Positions 11,976 to 22,315 of a DNA stretch of 24,000 nt are shown here, in pieces. Within the stretch, counting starts at the first letter, position 1. Each line of letters begins with the position of its first letter. The notes beneath the pieces were generated by a model. That model had not been told where the DNA came from, did no database searches, and saw only the letters and a program-made list of their open reading frames with translations. Location: assembly GCF_039525985.1 (NCBI RefSeq), contig NZ_BAAAII010000013.1, positions 36,574 to 60,573 on the forward strand. Direction: 5' to 3'. This stretch comes from Tsukamurella strandjordii (GTDB taxonomy: Bacteria > Actinomycetota > Actinomycetes > Mycobacteriales > Mycobacteriaceae). Both the position numbers and the translations under genes were made by a program.

Positions 11976-11984
11976 GTCAGCCGC
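11968..11984. terminator. 17-nt perfect palindrome GCGGCTGA-G-TCAGCCGC that embeds both convergent stop codons (possible bidirectional terminator-like element)
   Basis: TGA 11973-11975 is the ECH stop and TCA 11977-11979 is the MarR stop on the minus strand. Each arm is 8 bp. A second small hairpin, GACCG-gccg-CGGTC, follows at 11985-11998. No U-tracts. Confidence 0.25.
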
Positions 11985-12414
11985 GACCGGCCGCGGTCGC
12001 CAGGATGTCGCGCAGTACCTTGCTGTCCTGCAGGTACTGCTCGTACGGGAAACCGCGGTCGGTGAGCGCCTTTTCGAGTTGTGCCGCGTAGTCGGTGCTG
12101 GAGGCGTGGAACCGCTCGGCGCCCTCCGGGGTGAGCCGCACCAGGCGCCGGCGGGCGTGGTCGGGGTCGACCTCCACGCTCACCAGGCCGTCCGCGGCGA
12201 GCGTGGAGAGCATCCGGCTGACGGCGGCGTCGGAGACCAGCATCGCCTGCGCCAGTTCGTGTTGCGTGGCGGGCTGCACCTCCTCCAGTGTGCCCAGCAG
12301 CCGCATCCGGCTGTAGCTCAGCGCACCCGGCTCGCCGTACTCGCGGGTGACGATCCCGAGCAGCATGGTGATGTGGTTCAGGACGTCGCCGAGGCCCTCG
12401 TTCGCTTCGCTCAT
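11977..12414 (-). CDS. MarR-family transcriptional regulator
   Basis: 145 aa. Winged-helix region QHELAQAMLVSDAAVSRMLSTLAADGLV...DHARRRLVRLTPEG. Divergent to a membrane/exporter pair. Confidence 0.88.
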   Translation of the reverse strand: MSEANEGLGDVLNHITMLLGIVTREYGEPGALSYSRMRLLGTLEEVQPATQHELAQAMLVSDAAVSRMLSTLAADGLVSVEVDPDHARRRLVRLTPEGAERFHASSTDYAAQLEKALTDRGFPYEQYLQDSKVLRDILATAAGRG

Positions 12415-12468
12415 GCACGGAGAATATCAGTCTTGATACGTTAATGTTAACAGATTTACATTCAAGTC
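12415..12468. promoter_or_regulatory. 54-bp AT-rich divergent control region: two -10 boxes each 6 nt from an ATG (leaderless geometry) flanking the palindrome TGTTAACA
   Basis: Minus-strand TATTCT (12426-12421) lies 6 nt before the MarR ATG. Plus-strand TACATT (12457-12462) lies 6 nt before ATG 12469. Palindrome TGTTAACA is at 12445-12452, flanked by CTTGA...TCAAG. Neither gene has an SD. Confidence 0.4.
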
Positions 12469-13014
12469 ATGAGTGATGCATACGAATTCACGGTCCAGTC
12501 CGCTGCGCCCCTGTTCCTCCCGCTCCTCGCGGTGATCGGGGCCTCGATCGGCTCGGTGCGCCACCGCGACCGGGCGCTGGAGATCTGGCAACGCTGGTGG
12601 CTGGTGGTGGCCGCGGCGGGCGGCTCGGTGTGGGTGGGGCTGAGCTTCCTGTTCGCGGGTGATGTCATGGCCGAGGCGATCGGCTTCCCCGCCGGCAACC
12701 CCTTCCAGTTCGAGATCGCCTTCGCCAATGTCGGTTTCGCCTTCCTCGCGGTGATCGCGGCGTACCGACGGCCGGAACTGCGGCTCGCCCTCGGCCTCGG
12801 GTACGGGATCTTCCTGTGGGGCGCCGCCTACGGGCACGTCTTCCAGTGGTTCGCGCACGGCGATCATCAGCCCGGCAACACCGGCGGCATCCTCGTCTTC
12901 GACATCGGGGTGCCCCTGCTGATCGTGATCCTGGCGCTGGTGGCCCGGCAGGGCCAGTCACACCCGACTGGCTATGTACTGCGTCGACGGGTCCCTCGAG
13001 GATGGGTCGCATGA
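12469..13014 (+). CDS. Integral membrane protein of unknown function (about 5 hydrophobic segments)
   Basis: 181 aa. Hydrophobic stretches LFLPLLAVIGASIG, WWLVVAAAGGSVWVGLSFLFAG, FANVGFAFLAVIAA, LGLGYGIFLWGAAYG and VFDIGVPLLIVILALV. Its stop overlaps the next start (ATGA). Confidence 0.7.
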   Translation: MSDAYEFTVQSAAPLFLPLLAVIGASIGSVRHRDRALEIWQRWWLVVAAAGGSVWVGLSFLFAGDVMAEAIGFPAGNPFQFEIAFANVGFAFLAVIAAYRRPELRLALGLGYGIFLWGAAYGHVFQWFAHGDHQPGNTGGILVFDIGVPLLIVILALVARQGQSHPTGYVLRRRVPRGWVA

Positions 13015-13659
13015 TCCTTTCGTGGGCCGCGATCGCGGGAATCACGGTGACCGCACTGGCGATGGTGCTCACCCCCGGGCCGAACATGATGTACCCTGGT
13101 CTCGCGCAGCATCGGTCAGGGCCGCGTCGCGGGGCTGATCTCGCTGGGCGGCACCGCCGTCGGCTTCCTGGTGTACCTGACGCTGGCGAATCTGGGGCTC
13201 GCGGTGGTCTTCGTCGCGGTGCCCTGGCTGTTCCTGGGCTTCAAGGCGGTCGGCGCCGCCTATCTCGGGTATCTGGCATGGCAGGCGCTGCGGCCCGGCG
13301 GACGAGGGCTGTTCGATACCGCTGAGCTGCCCCGCGATCCGGGCTGGAAGCTGTTCCGCATGGGGCTGCTCACCAATCTGCTCAACCCCAAGGCGGCCAT
13401 CATGTACCTCGCGCTGATCCCGCAGTTCATCGATCCCGCCCGCGGTCACACGGCGGCGCAGGGCTTCCTGCTCGGAGGCATTCAGATCGCAGTATCGGTG
13501 GCCGTGAACGCCGCGATCGTGGTGGCCGCGGGAGCGGTCGCGGGGTTGATCCTGCGGCGTCCGGCGTGGGCGGTGTGGCAGCGCCGGATCACCGGAACGC
13601 TGTTGGGCGCAGTGGCTCTCATGCTCGCCCGCGAGGTCCCGCAGCGCGCCCGCGTCTGA
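13011..13659 (+). pseudogene. LysE/RhtB-family amino-acid exporter interrupted by a 1-nt frameshift at the CCC run 13094-13096
   Basis: The N-terminus MILSWAAIAGITVTALAMVLTPGPNMMY is in the frame of track ORF 12816..13325. The rest (LVSRSIGQGRVAGLISLGGTAVGFLVYLTLANLG...LLTNLLNPKAAIMYLALIPQFIDP...) is in the +1 frame of ORF 13171..13659. Removing one C from TAC-C-CTG-GTC restores a ~215-aa LysE protein. Confidence 0.8.
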
Positions 13660-13746
13660 AACCGGGCGAAAATCAGGTCGGGGCGTGTCATGTCGATCGT
13701 GATCGGTCTGCCCGCCGGTTTCCGAATCGGTCCCCTGGCGCCGGAC

Positions 13747-15351
13747 TCAATCCGCCGCGGCCACCAGGGGCTCCAGCGTGAGGTCGGGGTGCTCCTTCTC
13801 GATGTACTGCAGCCGCCACTTGTCCGAGAACAGGGCCAGCAGGGCGCCGTCGGTGCGCTCGAAGACCTCCACGCCGCGCTGCCGGTTGAGCTCGTCGGCA
13901 CTGGCGGCATCGGTGCGCCGGGCCACGCTGTACCCGAGGTGCTCCACCTGCACGTCCACGTTGAACTCGGTCTTCATCCGCGCGACCACCACCTCGAACT
14001 GCATGGGGCCCACGGCGGCCATCACGGGCGAGGCGTCGCCGCGGACATCGTTGCGCAGCAACTGCACCACGCCCTCGGTGCCCAGCTGCTCGATGCCCTT
14101 GCGGAACTGCTTGTACTTGCCGGCGGAGTCGGCGCGCACCACGGCGAAGTGTTCGGGGGCGAACGACGGGATGGGCGGGAACTGCACCTTGGCACCGTCG
14201 TACAGGGTGTCGCCGGGGGCGAGCGCGTTGGCGTTCACCAGGCCCACCACGTCGCCGGGGTACGCCGTCTCGACCGTCTCACGGTCGCGGCCCACCACCG
14301 TCATCGCGTACTTGGTCGCGAAGGGCTTGCCGGTCTGCGCGTGCTGGACCACCATGCCCCGCTCGAACTCGCCGGAGACGATCCGCATGAACGCCAGGCG
14401 ATCCCGGTGCGCGGCATCCATGCCCGCCTGCACCTTGAAGACCACGGCGCTGAACGGGTCGGTCACCTCGCGCTCGGAGTCGTCGATCGCGGCCCGCGAG
14501 TGCGGCGCCGGAGCCAGCTCCACGAGCGCCTCCAGCAGCTGCCGCACACCGAAGTTCAGGATGGCCGAGGTGAAGATCACGGGCGAGGTCTGGCCGGCCA
14601 GGAACATCTCCTGGTCGTGGCCCTGCCCCATCTCGGTCATGAGCTCGGTCTCCTCGACCGCCTCGGTCCACACGTCGCCCTCGCGATCCAGTGCGGCATC
14701 GGTCGAAAGATGCTCCTCCGGAGCGATCTTCGCGCCGCCGGCGGTGCGGGTGAAGTGCACGTACTCGTCCTTGCGCACGTCGCGCAGGCCGCGGAAATCG
14801 CCCGCGATGCCCACGGGCCAGAACAGGGGAGTGGGCGTCAGGCCGATGCGCTCGGAGATCTCGTCGAGCAGCTCCAGCGGCGTGCGGCCCGGCCGGTCCC
14901 ACTTGTTGATCACCGTGATCACCGGGATGCCGCGATGGCGGCACACCTGGAACAGCTTGAGCGTCTGCGGCTCCAGGCCCTTCGCGGCGTCGATCAGCAT
15001 GACCGCCGCGTCGACCGCGGTCAGCACGCGGTAGGTGTCCTCGGAGAAGTCGGCGTGGCCGGGGGTGTCCACCAGGTTGATCACCGTGGGCTCGTCGCCC
15101 TCGGCCGCGCCCGAGGGCGTGTAATTGAACTGCAGCGCCGTGGAGCTCACCGAGATGCCGCGGGCCTTCTCCATCTCCATCCAGTCGGACACGGTGGACT
15201 TGCGGCCCGCCTTGCCGTGGATGGCGCCGGCCTCGTTGATCACCCGGGCGTGCAGTGCCAGCGCCTCCGTCATCGTCGACTTACCCGCGTCGGGGTGGCT
15301 GATGATGGCGAACGTGCGGCGGCGGGCGACCTCGTCGGCAATGGAACTCAC
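13747..15351 (-). CDS. prfC: Peptide chain release factor 3 (translational GTPase)
   Basis: 534 aa. RRTFAIISHPDAGKST (G1), DTPGHADF (G3) and NKWD (G4). RF3-like over its full length. GTG start 6 nt after the GNAT stop. Confidence 0.95.
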   Translation of the reverse strand: MSSIADEVARRRTFAIISHPDAGKSTMTEALALHARVINEAGAIHGKAGRKSTVSDWMEMEKARGISVSSTALQFNYTPSGAAEGDEPTVINLVDTPGHADFSEDTYRVLTAVDAAVMLIDAAKGLEPQTLKLFQVCRHRGIPVITVINKWDRPGRTPLELLDEISERIGLTPTPLFWPVGIAGDFRGLRDVRKDEYVHFTRTAGGAKIAPEEHLSTDAALDREGDVWTEAVEETELMTEMGQGHDQEMFLAGQTSPVIFTSAILNFGVRQLLEALVELAPAPHSRAAIDDSEREVTDPFSAVVFKVQAGMDAAHRDRLAFMRIVSGEFERGMVVQHAQTGKPFATKYAMTVVGRDRETVETAYPGDVVGLVNANALAPGDTLYDGAKVQFPPIPSFAPEHFAVVRADSAGKYKQFRKGIEQLGTEGVVQLLRNDVRGDASPVMAAVGPMQFEVVVARMKTEFNVDVQVEHLGYSVARRTDAASADELNRQRGVEVFERTDGALLALFSDKWRLQYIEKEHPDLTLEPLVAAAD

Positions 15352-15357
15352 GAAGAG

Positions 15358-15900
15358 TCAGTCTACCCGTTCGCGCAGGTAGACCACGTGGTCGGGCGGG
15401 TCGATCGGATTCTCGGCCGGGATGTCGGTGTGGCCGACGAGGGTGAATCCGGCGCGTTCGAGGGCCCGCCAGGACCGCCGGTTGCCGGCGGCCACCGCGA
15501 CCACCACGCGCGCACCGTCGAGCTGCTCGAAGATCTCCGCGCACATGGCCCGGATCATCGCGGTGCCCAGGCCGCGCCCCGTGGCGTAGTGCAGGCCCAC
15601 GAGGTAGTCGATGCCGTAGTCGCGCGGCCCCAGGTCCACCAGCCGCCCGACCGCGGCGGTCTCGTCCTCGTCGGGGTAGTCCACCCAGCGTTGCCGCTGG
15701 ATCAGGCCCACGGGCGCACCGGCGTCGTCGATCGCGAGGAAGTCCGTGCTGGGCTCGGCACCGTCGACCGACGGACCGAAGTCCCGCTCGATCGCCTCGG
15801 GCGAGGTCTCGTGGTTCCACCAGCGCCGGTTGTGCGGCTCGGACAGCCACACCGCGAGCAGGCCGAAATCGTCCCGCGTCACGCGTCGGAACGTGATCAC
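15358..15900 (-). CDS. GNAT N-acetyltransferase of the AAC(6')-Ib / Acetyltransf_8-like subfamily
   Basis: 180 aa. Collinear motif matches to AAC(6')-Ib as I recall it: ...WL..PH...WW, P.G..Q, YGIDYL....TGRGLGT and [13 protein letters not shown]. Its GTG start overlaps the pth stop (GTGA). Confidence 0.8.
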   Translation of the reverse strand: MITFRRVTRDDFGLLAVWLSEPHNRRWWNHETSPEAIERDFGPSVDGAEPSTDFLAIDDAGAPVGLIQRQRWVDYPDEDETAAVGRLVDLGPRDYGIDYLVGLHYATGRGLGTAMIRAMCAEIFEQLDGARVVVAVAAGNRRSWRALERAGFTLVGHTDIPAENPIDPPDHVVYLRERVD

Positions 15901-16481
15901 CAGGCGTGCACGGTGTTCTGCGCGGACTCCAGGTCGAGATCGCGGGAGATCAGCAGCTCCACCGCGTCCGCGGCGTTGGTGACCAGCAGCGGGACCTCCT
16001 TGCGCTCGGCGGAGGAGAAGGGCTTGAGGACGTAATCCGCGGGGTCCTGGCGACCGGGCGGACGCCCGATCCCGGCGCGCACGCGCAGGTAGTCCTTGGT
16101 GCCCAGGTGCTGGGTCAGCGAGCGCAGGCCGTTGTGGCCGCCCTCGCCGCCGCCGCGCTTGAGCCGCACCAGACCGAAGTCGATGTCCAGCTCGTCGTGC
16201 ACGGCGATCACATCGGTGGGTTCCACCGAGTAGAACCGGGCCAGCGTGGAGACGGGCTGCCCGGAGAGGTTCATGAAGGATTGCGGTTTCGCGAGGTACA
16301 CCTGGCGGCCCGCGAGCCGCGCGCCCGCGACCTCCGCCCCCGACTTCTTGTGTCGGGAGAAGGAGGTGCGGGCGCGCGCTGCGAGCTCGTCCACCACGTC
16401 GAAACCGATGTTGTGGCGGGTCCCGGCGTACTTCTCGCCGGGGTTACCCAGCCCCACGACGATCAGCGGCCGGTCGGTCAC
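15897..16481 (-). CDS. pth: Peptidyl-tRNA hydrolase
   Basis: 194 aa. [20 protein letters not shown] motif and HNGLRS. GTG start 5 nt after the rplY stop. Confidence 0.95.
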   Translation of the reverse strand: MTDRPLIVVGLGNPGEKYAGTRHNIGFDVVDELAARARTSFSRHKKSGAEVAGARLAGRQVYLAKPQSFMNLSGQPVSTLARFYSVEPTDVIAVHDELDIDFGLVRLKRGGGEGGHNGLRSLTQHLGTKDYLRVRAGIGRPPGRQDPADYVLKPFSSAERKEVPLLVTNAADAVELLISRDLDLESAQNTVHAW

Positions 16482-16486
16482 AGCAG

Positions 16487-17095
16487 TTACTCGGCAGCCT
16501 CGGCGGCGGCCTCGTCGCCCTCGGCGGCGTCGTCGCCCTCGGTCTCGGCGGCGGCGATCTCGGTGATGTTGACGATCAGCGCCTCGGGATCGGTGATCAC
16601 GGTGACGCCGGCCGGGACCTCGAGCTGGCCCGCGGCGATCTGGGTGCCGACCTCGAGGCCCTGCACGTTGACCACGATGTTCTCGGGGATGCTCAGCGCA
16701 TCGGCCTCGATCTCGACCTCGTTGAGGTCCTGCGCCACCTGGGTGCCGCCGGCCGGGTCGCCCTCGACGATGACGGGCACCGACACGGTGACCTTCTCGC
16801 CCTTCTTGATCACCAGGAGGTCGGTGTGCTCGATGTAGTTGCGCAGCGGGTGCACGACGACCTGCTTGGTCAGCGCGAGCTGCTCCTTGCCGTCGATGTC
16901 CAGGCTCAGCACGGCGTTGGTGCCGTCCTTACGCAGGATGGCGGCGAAGTCGCGAGCCACCACGGTGAGGTGCTGGGGGTCGGTGCCGTGGCCGTAGAGG
17001 ACCACGGGGACGAGGCCGTCGCGACGGGTGCGGCGGGCGGCGCCCTTGCCGAACTCGGTGCGGACGGAAGCGGTGAGCTTGTTGGCGTTAGACAT
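16487..17095 (-). CDS. rplY: 50S ribosomal protein L25 / general stress protein Ctc (long form with acidic tail)
   Basis: 202 aa. [25 protein letters not shown]-terminus. Ctc-type C-terminal domain. GGAG SD upstream. Confidence 0.95.
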   Translation of the reverse strand: MSNANKLTASVRTEFGKGAARRTRRDGLVPVVLYGHGTDPQHLTVVARDFAAILRKDGTNAVLSLDIDGKEQLALTKQVVVHPLRNYIEHTDLLVIKKGEKVTVSVPVIVEGDPAGGTQVAQDLNEVEIEADALSIPENIVVNVQGLEVGTQIAAGQLEVPAGVTVITDPEALIVNITEIAAAETEGDDAAEGDEAAAEAAE

Positions 17096-17114
17096 GATGC
17101 TCCAAATGTGCGGT

Positions 17115-17138
17115 GCGGCCTCGGCGATCCGAGGCGGC
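17115..17138 (-). other. GC-rich hairpin in the rplY 5' leader (7 bp GCCUCGG/CCGAGGC, tetraloop, plus 2 bp after one mismatch)
   Basis: Read directly from the sequence. It sits about 10 nt upstream of the SD (about 20 nt upstream of the ATG at 17095). A candidate promoter TTCACT-18 nt-TAAGCT (minus strand, about 17264-17235) would give a leader of about 130-140 nt. Confidence 0.35.
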
Positions 17139-17362
17139 CCGCTCTCGCACGCACCGGGGGAGCCCGCGGGGTGGAGCGCAAGTTCGCGTCGATCACGGCG
17201 GCCGGAGCCGCCCTCGCCGAGAAGGTCGTCGCTCAGCTTACCGAATCCGCCGGTTGTCAGTGAAATCGAACCGGTCGGGCGAGCGCGGCGACGGGGAATG
17301 TTTTCGCCAACGCGTCATGTCCAGTTCGCCCCGTTGCCACGCCGCGCCCGGACCATGGTCTG

Positions 17363-17806
17363 GTGAACAACTCCCCGCTGTGGTCGCCGCAGGACGTCGC
17401 CGAGCGCTTCGTCGAGGCGCTGGGCAGCGGCGATTACGAGATCGCCGAACACCTGCTGGCGAAGGACGTGGTGTACACCCGCACCTCGTGGCGCACGCTG
17501 CGCGGCCGGCGCGCGGTGTCCCGCAACTTCCGGCGCCACGAGCACTCCCGGGTGCAGCTGCGGTCGGTGCTGCTCTCGGCCACGGCCGCCGACGGGGTGG
17601 CCCTCACCGAGCGGGTGACCTCGCTGGTGTACGGGCCGCTGCGCCTGCAGTTCTGGGTGTGCTCGCGGTTCGACGTGCAGGACGGCCGGATCGTCGCCTG
17701 GCGCGACTACTTCGACTTCCTGGACATCGCGAAGGCCGCGGCACGGGCCGTGGCGGGCGCGGTCTACGCCCCGGCCCGCCCGGAGCTGCCGCGCGCCGTG
17801 GTGTGA
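17363..17806 (+). CDS. Limonene-1,2-epoxide hydrolase family (SnoaL-like fold) protein
   Basis: 147 aa. GPLRLQFWVCSRFDVQDGRIVAWRDYFD closely resembles the corresponding stretch of M. tuberculosis EphG (Rv2740) as I recall it. GTG start. Confidence 0.8.
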   Translation: MNNSPLWSPQDVAERFVEALGSGDYEIAEHLLAKDVVYTRTSWRTLRGRRAVSRNFRRHEHSRVQLRSVLLSATAADGVALTERVTSLVYGPLRLQFWVCSRFDVQDGRIVAWRDYFDFLDIAKAAARAVAGAVYAPARPELPRAVV

Positions 17807-17873
17807 CGGGGAAGGTTTTCGTGCAGCGCGGGTCCAGGGGAAGCAGCGCGCCGGCCGCGGCGTTGCACCGGGC

Positions 17874-18692
17874 ATGACGAATCTGGGCAGTCTCGGAATC
17901 TGGCGCGCGTCCACGCAGGTCGACGGTGCCTTCGCGGCGAAGGCGGAGGGGCTCGGTTACGGCGCGGTCTGGCTGGGCGGCTCCCCGGGCGGCGAGCTCG
18001 CGATCGCCGACGAGCTGCTCGAGGCCACCGAGACGCTGCAGGTGGCCACCGGAATCCTCAACATCTGGCAGGACACCCCCGCTTCGGCGGCGAAGGCCTT
18101 CCACCGGATCGAGCAGGCCCACCCGGGCCGGTTCCTGCTCGGGATCGGTGCCGGGCACCGTGAGGCGACCGCCGAGTACCGCTCGCCCTACCAGGCACTC
18201 GTCGACTATCTGGACGCACTCGCGGCCGAGGGCGTCCCGTCCGACCGGATCGTGCTCGCCGCGTTGGGGCCGAAGGTCCTCAGGCTCGCCGCCGATCGGA
18301 CCGCCGGTGCGCATCCGTACCTGACGACGCCGGAGCACACCCGGCGGGCGCGGGAGATCCTCGGCGCCGGTCCGTTGCTCGCGCCCGAGCAGAAGGTGGT
18401 GCTCGATGCGGACGACACCCGGGGCCGGGAGACCGGACGGAAGACCGTGAAGTTCTACCTCGGCCTGCGGAACTACGTGGCCAATCTGCAGCGTCTCGGC
18501 TACGAGGACGCCGACGTGGCATCTCCGGGAAGTGACCGCTTGATCGACGCCCTCGCCGTGCACGGCGACGGCGATGTGGTCGCGGCCGGGGTGCGGGCGC
18601 ATCTCGACGCGGGTGCCGACCACGTGGTGGTGCAGGCACTCGGCGAGGCCCCGTGGCCCGCTCTGGAGGCGATCGCGCAGCGCCTGCTCTGA
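17874..18692 (+). CDS. LLM-class (luciferase-like) F420-dependent oxidoreductase
   Basis: 272 aa. Typical short LLM layout: LGIW...GYGAVWLG, FLLGIGAGH, LAALGPKVLRLAADRTAGAHPY. Confidence 0.82.
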   Translation: MTNLGSLGIWRASTQVDGAFAAKAEGLGYGAVWLGGSPGGELAIADELLEATETLQVATGILNIWQDTPASAAKAFHRIEQAHPGRFLLGIGAGHREATAEYRSPYQALVDYLDALAAEGVPSDRIVLAALGPKVLRLAADRTAGAHPYLTTPEHTRRAREILGAGPLLAPEQKVVLDADDTRGRETGRKTVKFYLGLRNYVANLQRLGYEDADVASPGSDRLIDALAVHGDGDVVAAGVRAHLDAGADHVVVQALGEAPWPALEAIAQRLL

Positions 18693-18694
18693 GC

Positions 18695-19540
18695 GTGCGG
18701 CACTATGGTGCCGTGACCGTCACAGCGCAAGCAGCCCGCAACATCGCCGACTTCGCCGTGGAGCCGTTCACGGCGCACGGGACCACGCACGACGTGTACC
18801 GCAAGGGCACCGGCCCAGCGGTGATCGTGATGGCCGAGATCCCCGGCATCACCCCGAAGGTGCTCGATTTCGCGCGCAAGCTGGTGGACGCGGGATTCAC
18901 CGCGGTGCTGCCGCACCTGTTCGGCGTGCCCGGCCTCGACGCCGACCCGCGGAAGGTGGGCATCAAGGGCACGGCCACGGCCGTCGCGTCGGTCGCCCCG
19001 CTGTGCGTCAGCAAGGAGTTCACCATCCTCGCCGTCGGCAAGTCCTCCCCCGTGATCACCTGGCTGCGCGCGCTGGCCCGCCAGGAGCACGAGCGGTGCG
19101 GCGGCAAGGGCGTCGGCGCCGTCGGGATGTGTTTCACCGGAGGTTTCGCGCTGGGCATGGCGGTCGACGATGTGCTGCTGGCGCCGGTGCTGAGCCAGCC
19201 CTCGCTGCCGCTGGGCATCACGCCCAGCCGCCGGCACAACATCGACATCTCGCCGGAAGACCTGGAGACCGTGAAGGTGCGCTGCGCCAAACAGGGCCTC
19301 AAGGTGCTGGGCATGCGGTTCACCGGCGACAAGATGGTGCCCGGCGAGCGCTTCGCCTTCCTGCGTGAGCAGCTGGGCGATGCCTTCATCGCGGTCGAGA
19401 TCGACGACGCCGACGCGAATCCCGATGCGCCCACGCCGCCGCACTCCGTACTCACCGAGCACCTGATCGACGAGCCGGGACAGCCCACCCGCGCGGCGCT
19501 GGATCAGGTCATCGACCTGATGCGCAGCACCCTGCGCTAG
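18695..19540 (+). CDS. Dienelactone hydrolase family protein
   Basis: About 281 aa from GTG 18695, with an alternative GTG at 18713. Alpha/beta-hydrolase layout: GPAVIVMAEIPGITP, nucleophile-elbow-like GAVGMCFTGGFA, and PHSVLTEH near the C-terminus. Confidence 0.78.
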   Translation: MRHYGAVTVTAQAARNIADFAVEPFTAHGTTHDVYRKGTGPAVIVMAEIPGITPKVLDFARKLVDAGFTAVLPHLFGVPGLDADPRKVGIKGTATAVASVAPLCVSKEFTILAVGKSSPVITWLRALARQEHERCGGKGVGAVGMCFTGGFALGMAVDDVLLAPVLSQPSLPLGITPSRRHNIDISPEDLETVKVRCAKQGLKVLGMRFTGDKMVPGERFAFLREQLGDAFIAVEIDDADANPDAPTPPHSVLTEHLIDEPGQPTRAALDQVIDLMRSTLR

Positions 19541-19558
19541 GCGGGCGGGCCGTCCGGC

Positions 19559-19659
19559 CTATTCGAGCCGCTTCTCCTCTTCCCGCTCCAGGCGGTCGCG
19601 CTCCTCCTGGCGGCGCTTCTCCTCGTGCTCGATGGCCTCTTCGCGGGCGTTCTTGTTGC

Positions 19660-19663
<4 letters not shown>
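19559..19663 (-). CDS. 34-codon micro-ORF encoding a hyper-charged E/R/K peptide, ATGA-coupled to the upstream AAA+ gene
   Basis: MSNKNAREEAIEHEEKRRQEERDRLEREEEKRLE*. Its ATG (19663-19661) overlaps the TGA (19662-19660) of the Clp-like gene. Codon third positions are almost all G/C, as in neighbouring genes. It appears in the track only as the tail of shadow ORF 19559..20170. Confidence 0.45.
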
Positions 19664-22260
<2,597 letters not shown>

Positions 22261-22315
22261 TTCACTGCTTTCCATTCATCGGTCGGTGGGACGGGTGGAA
22301 CGGTGGTGCACAAGT

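Noticed and set aside
13092-13098. Programmed +1 ribosomal frameshift in the LysE gene
   Set aside because: There is no recognisable slippery or hungry-codon context and no known precedent in this family. A mutation or sequencing error is more parsimonious. It is kept only as an alternative in the finding.
12816-13325. 169-aa plus-strand ORF
   Set aside because: It is a composite. Only codons from ATG 13011 to about 13094 are genuine LysE N-terminus. The part before overlaps the membrane-protein gene, and the part after is out-of-frame read-through caused by the frameshift.
13660-13746. Terminator between the convergent LysE pseudogene and prfC
   Set aside because: Only a long-range imperfect pairing is visible (GAAACCGGGCG ... 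CGCCGGTTTC with one bulge and a loop of about 40 nt). There is no compact stem-loop or U-tract, so it is not convincing.
15358-15900. GNAT as a TacT/AtaT-type toxin of a toxin-antitoxin pair
   Set aside because: There is no small antitoxin ORF adjacent. The motifs match the AAC(6')-Ib/Acetyltransf_8 subfamily rather than DUF1778-associated toxins. The gene is embedded in an operon by overlapping or near-abutting codons.
13690-16035. 781-aa plus-strand ORF
   Set aside because: It is antisense to prfC, the GNAT gene and pth, all of which have unmistakable family motifs on the minus strand.
17262-17274. tRNA-like T-loop sequence (GGTTCGATTTC on the minus strand) in the rplY upstream spacer
   Set aside because: The flanking bases do not form a T-stem, and no acceptor or anticodon arms can be drawn. 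It is not a tRNA.
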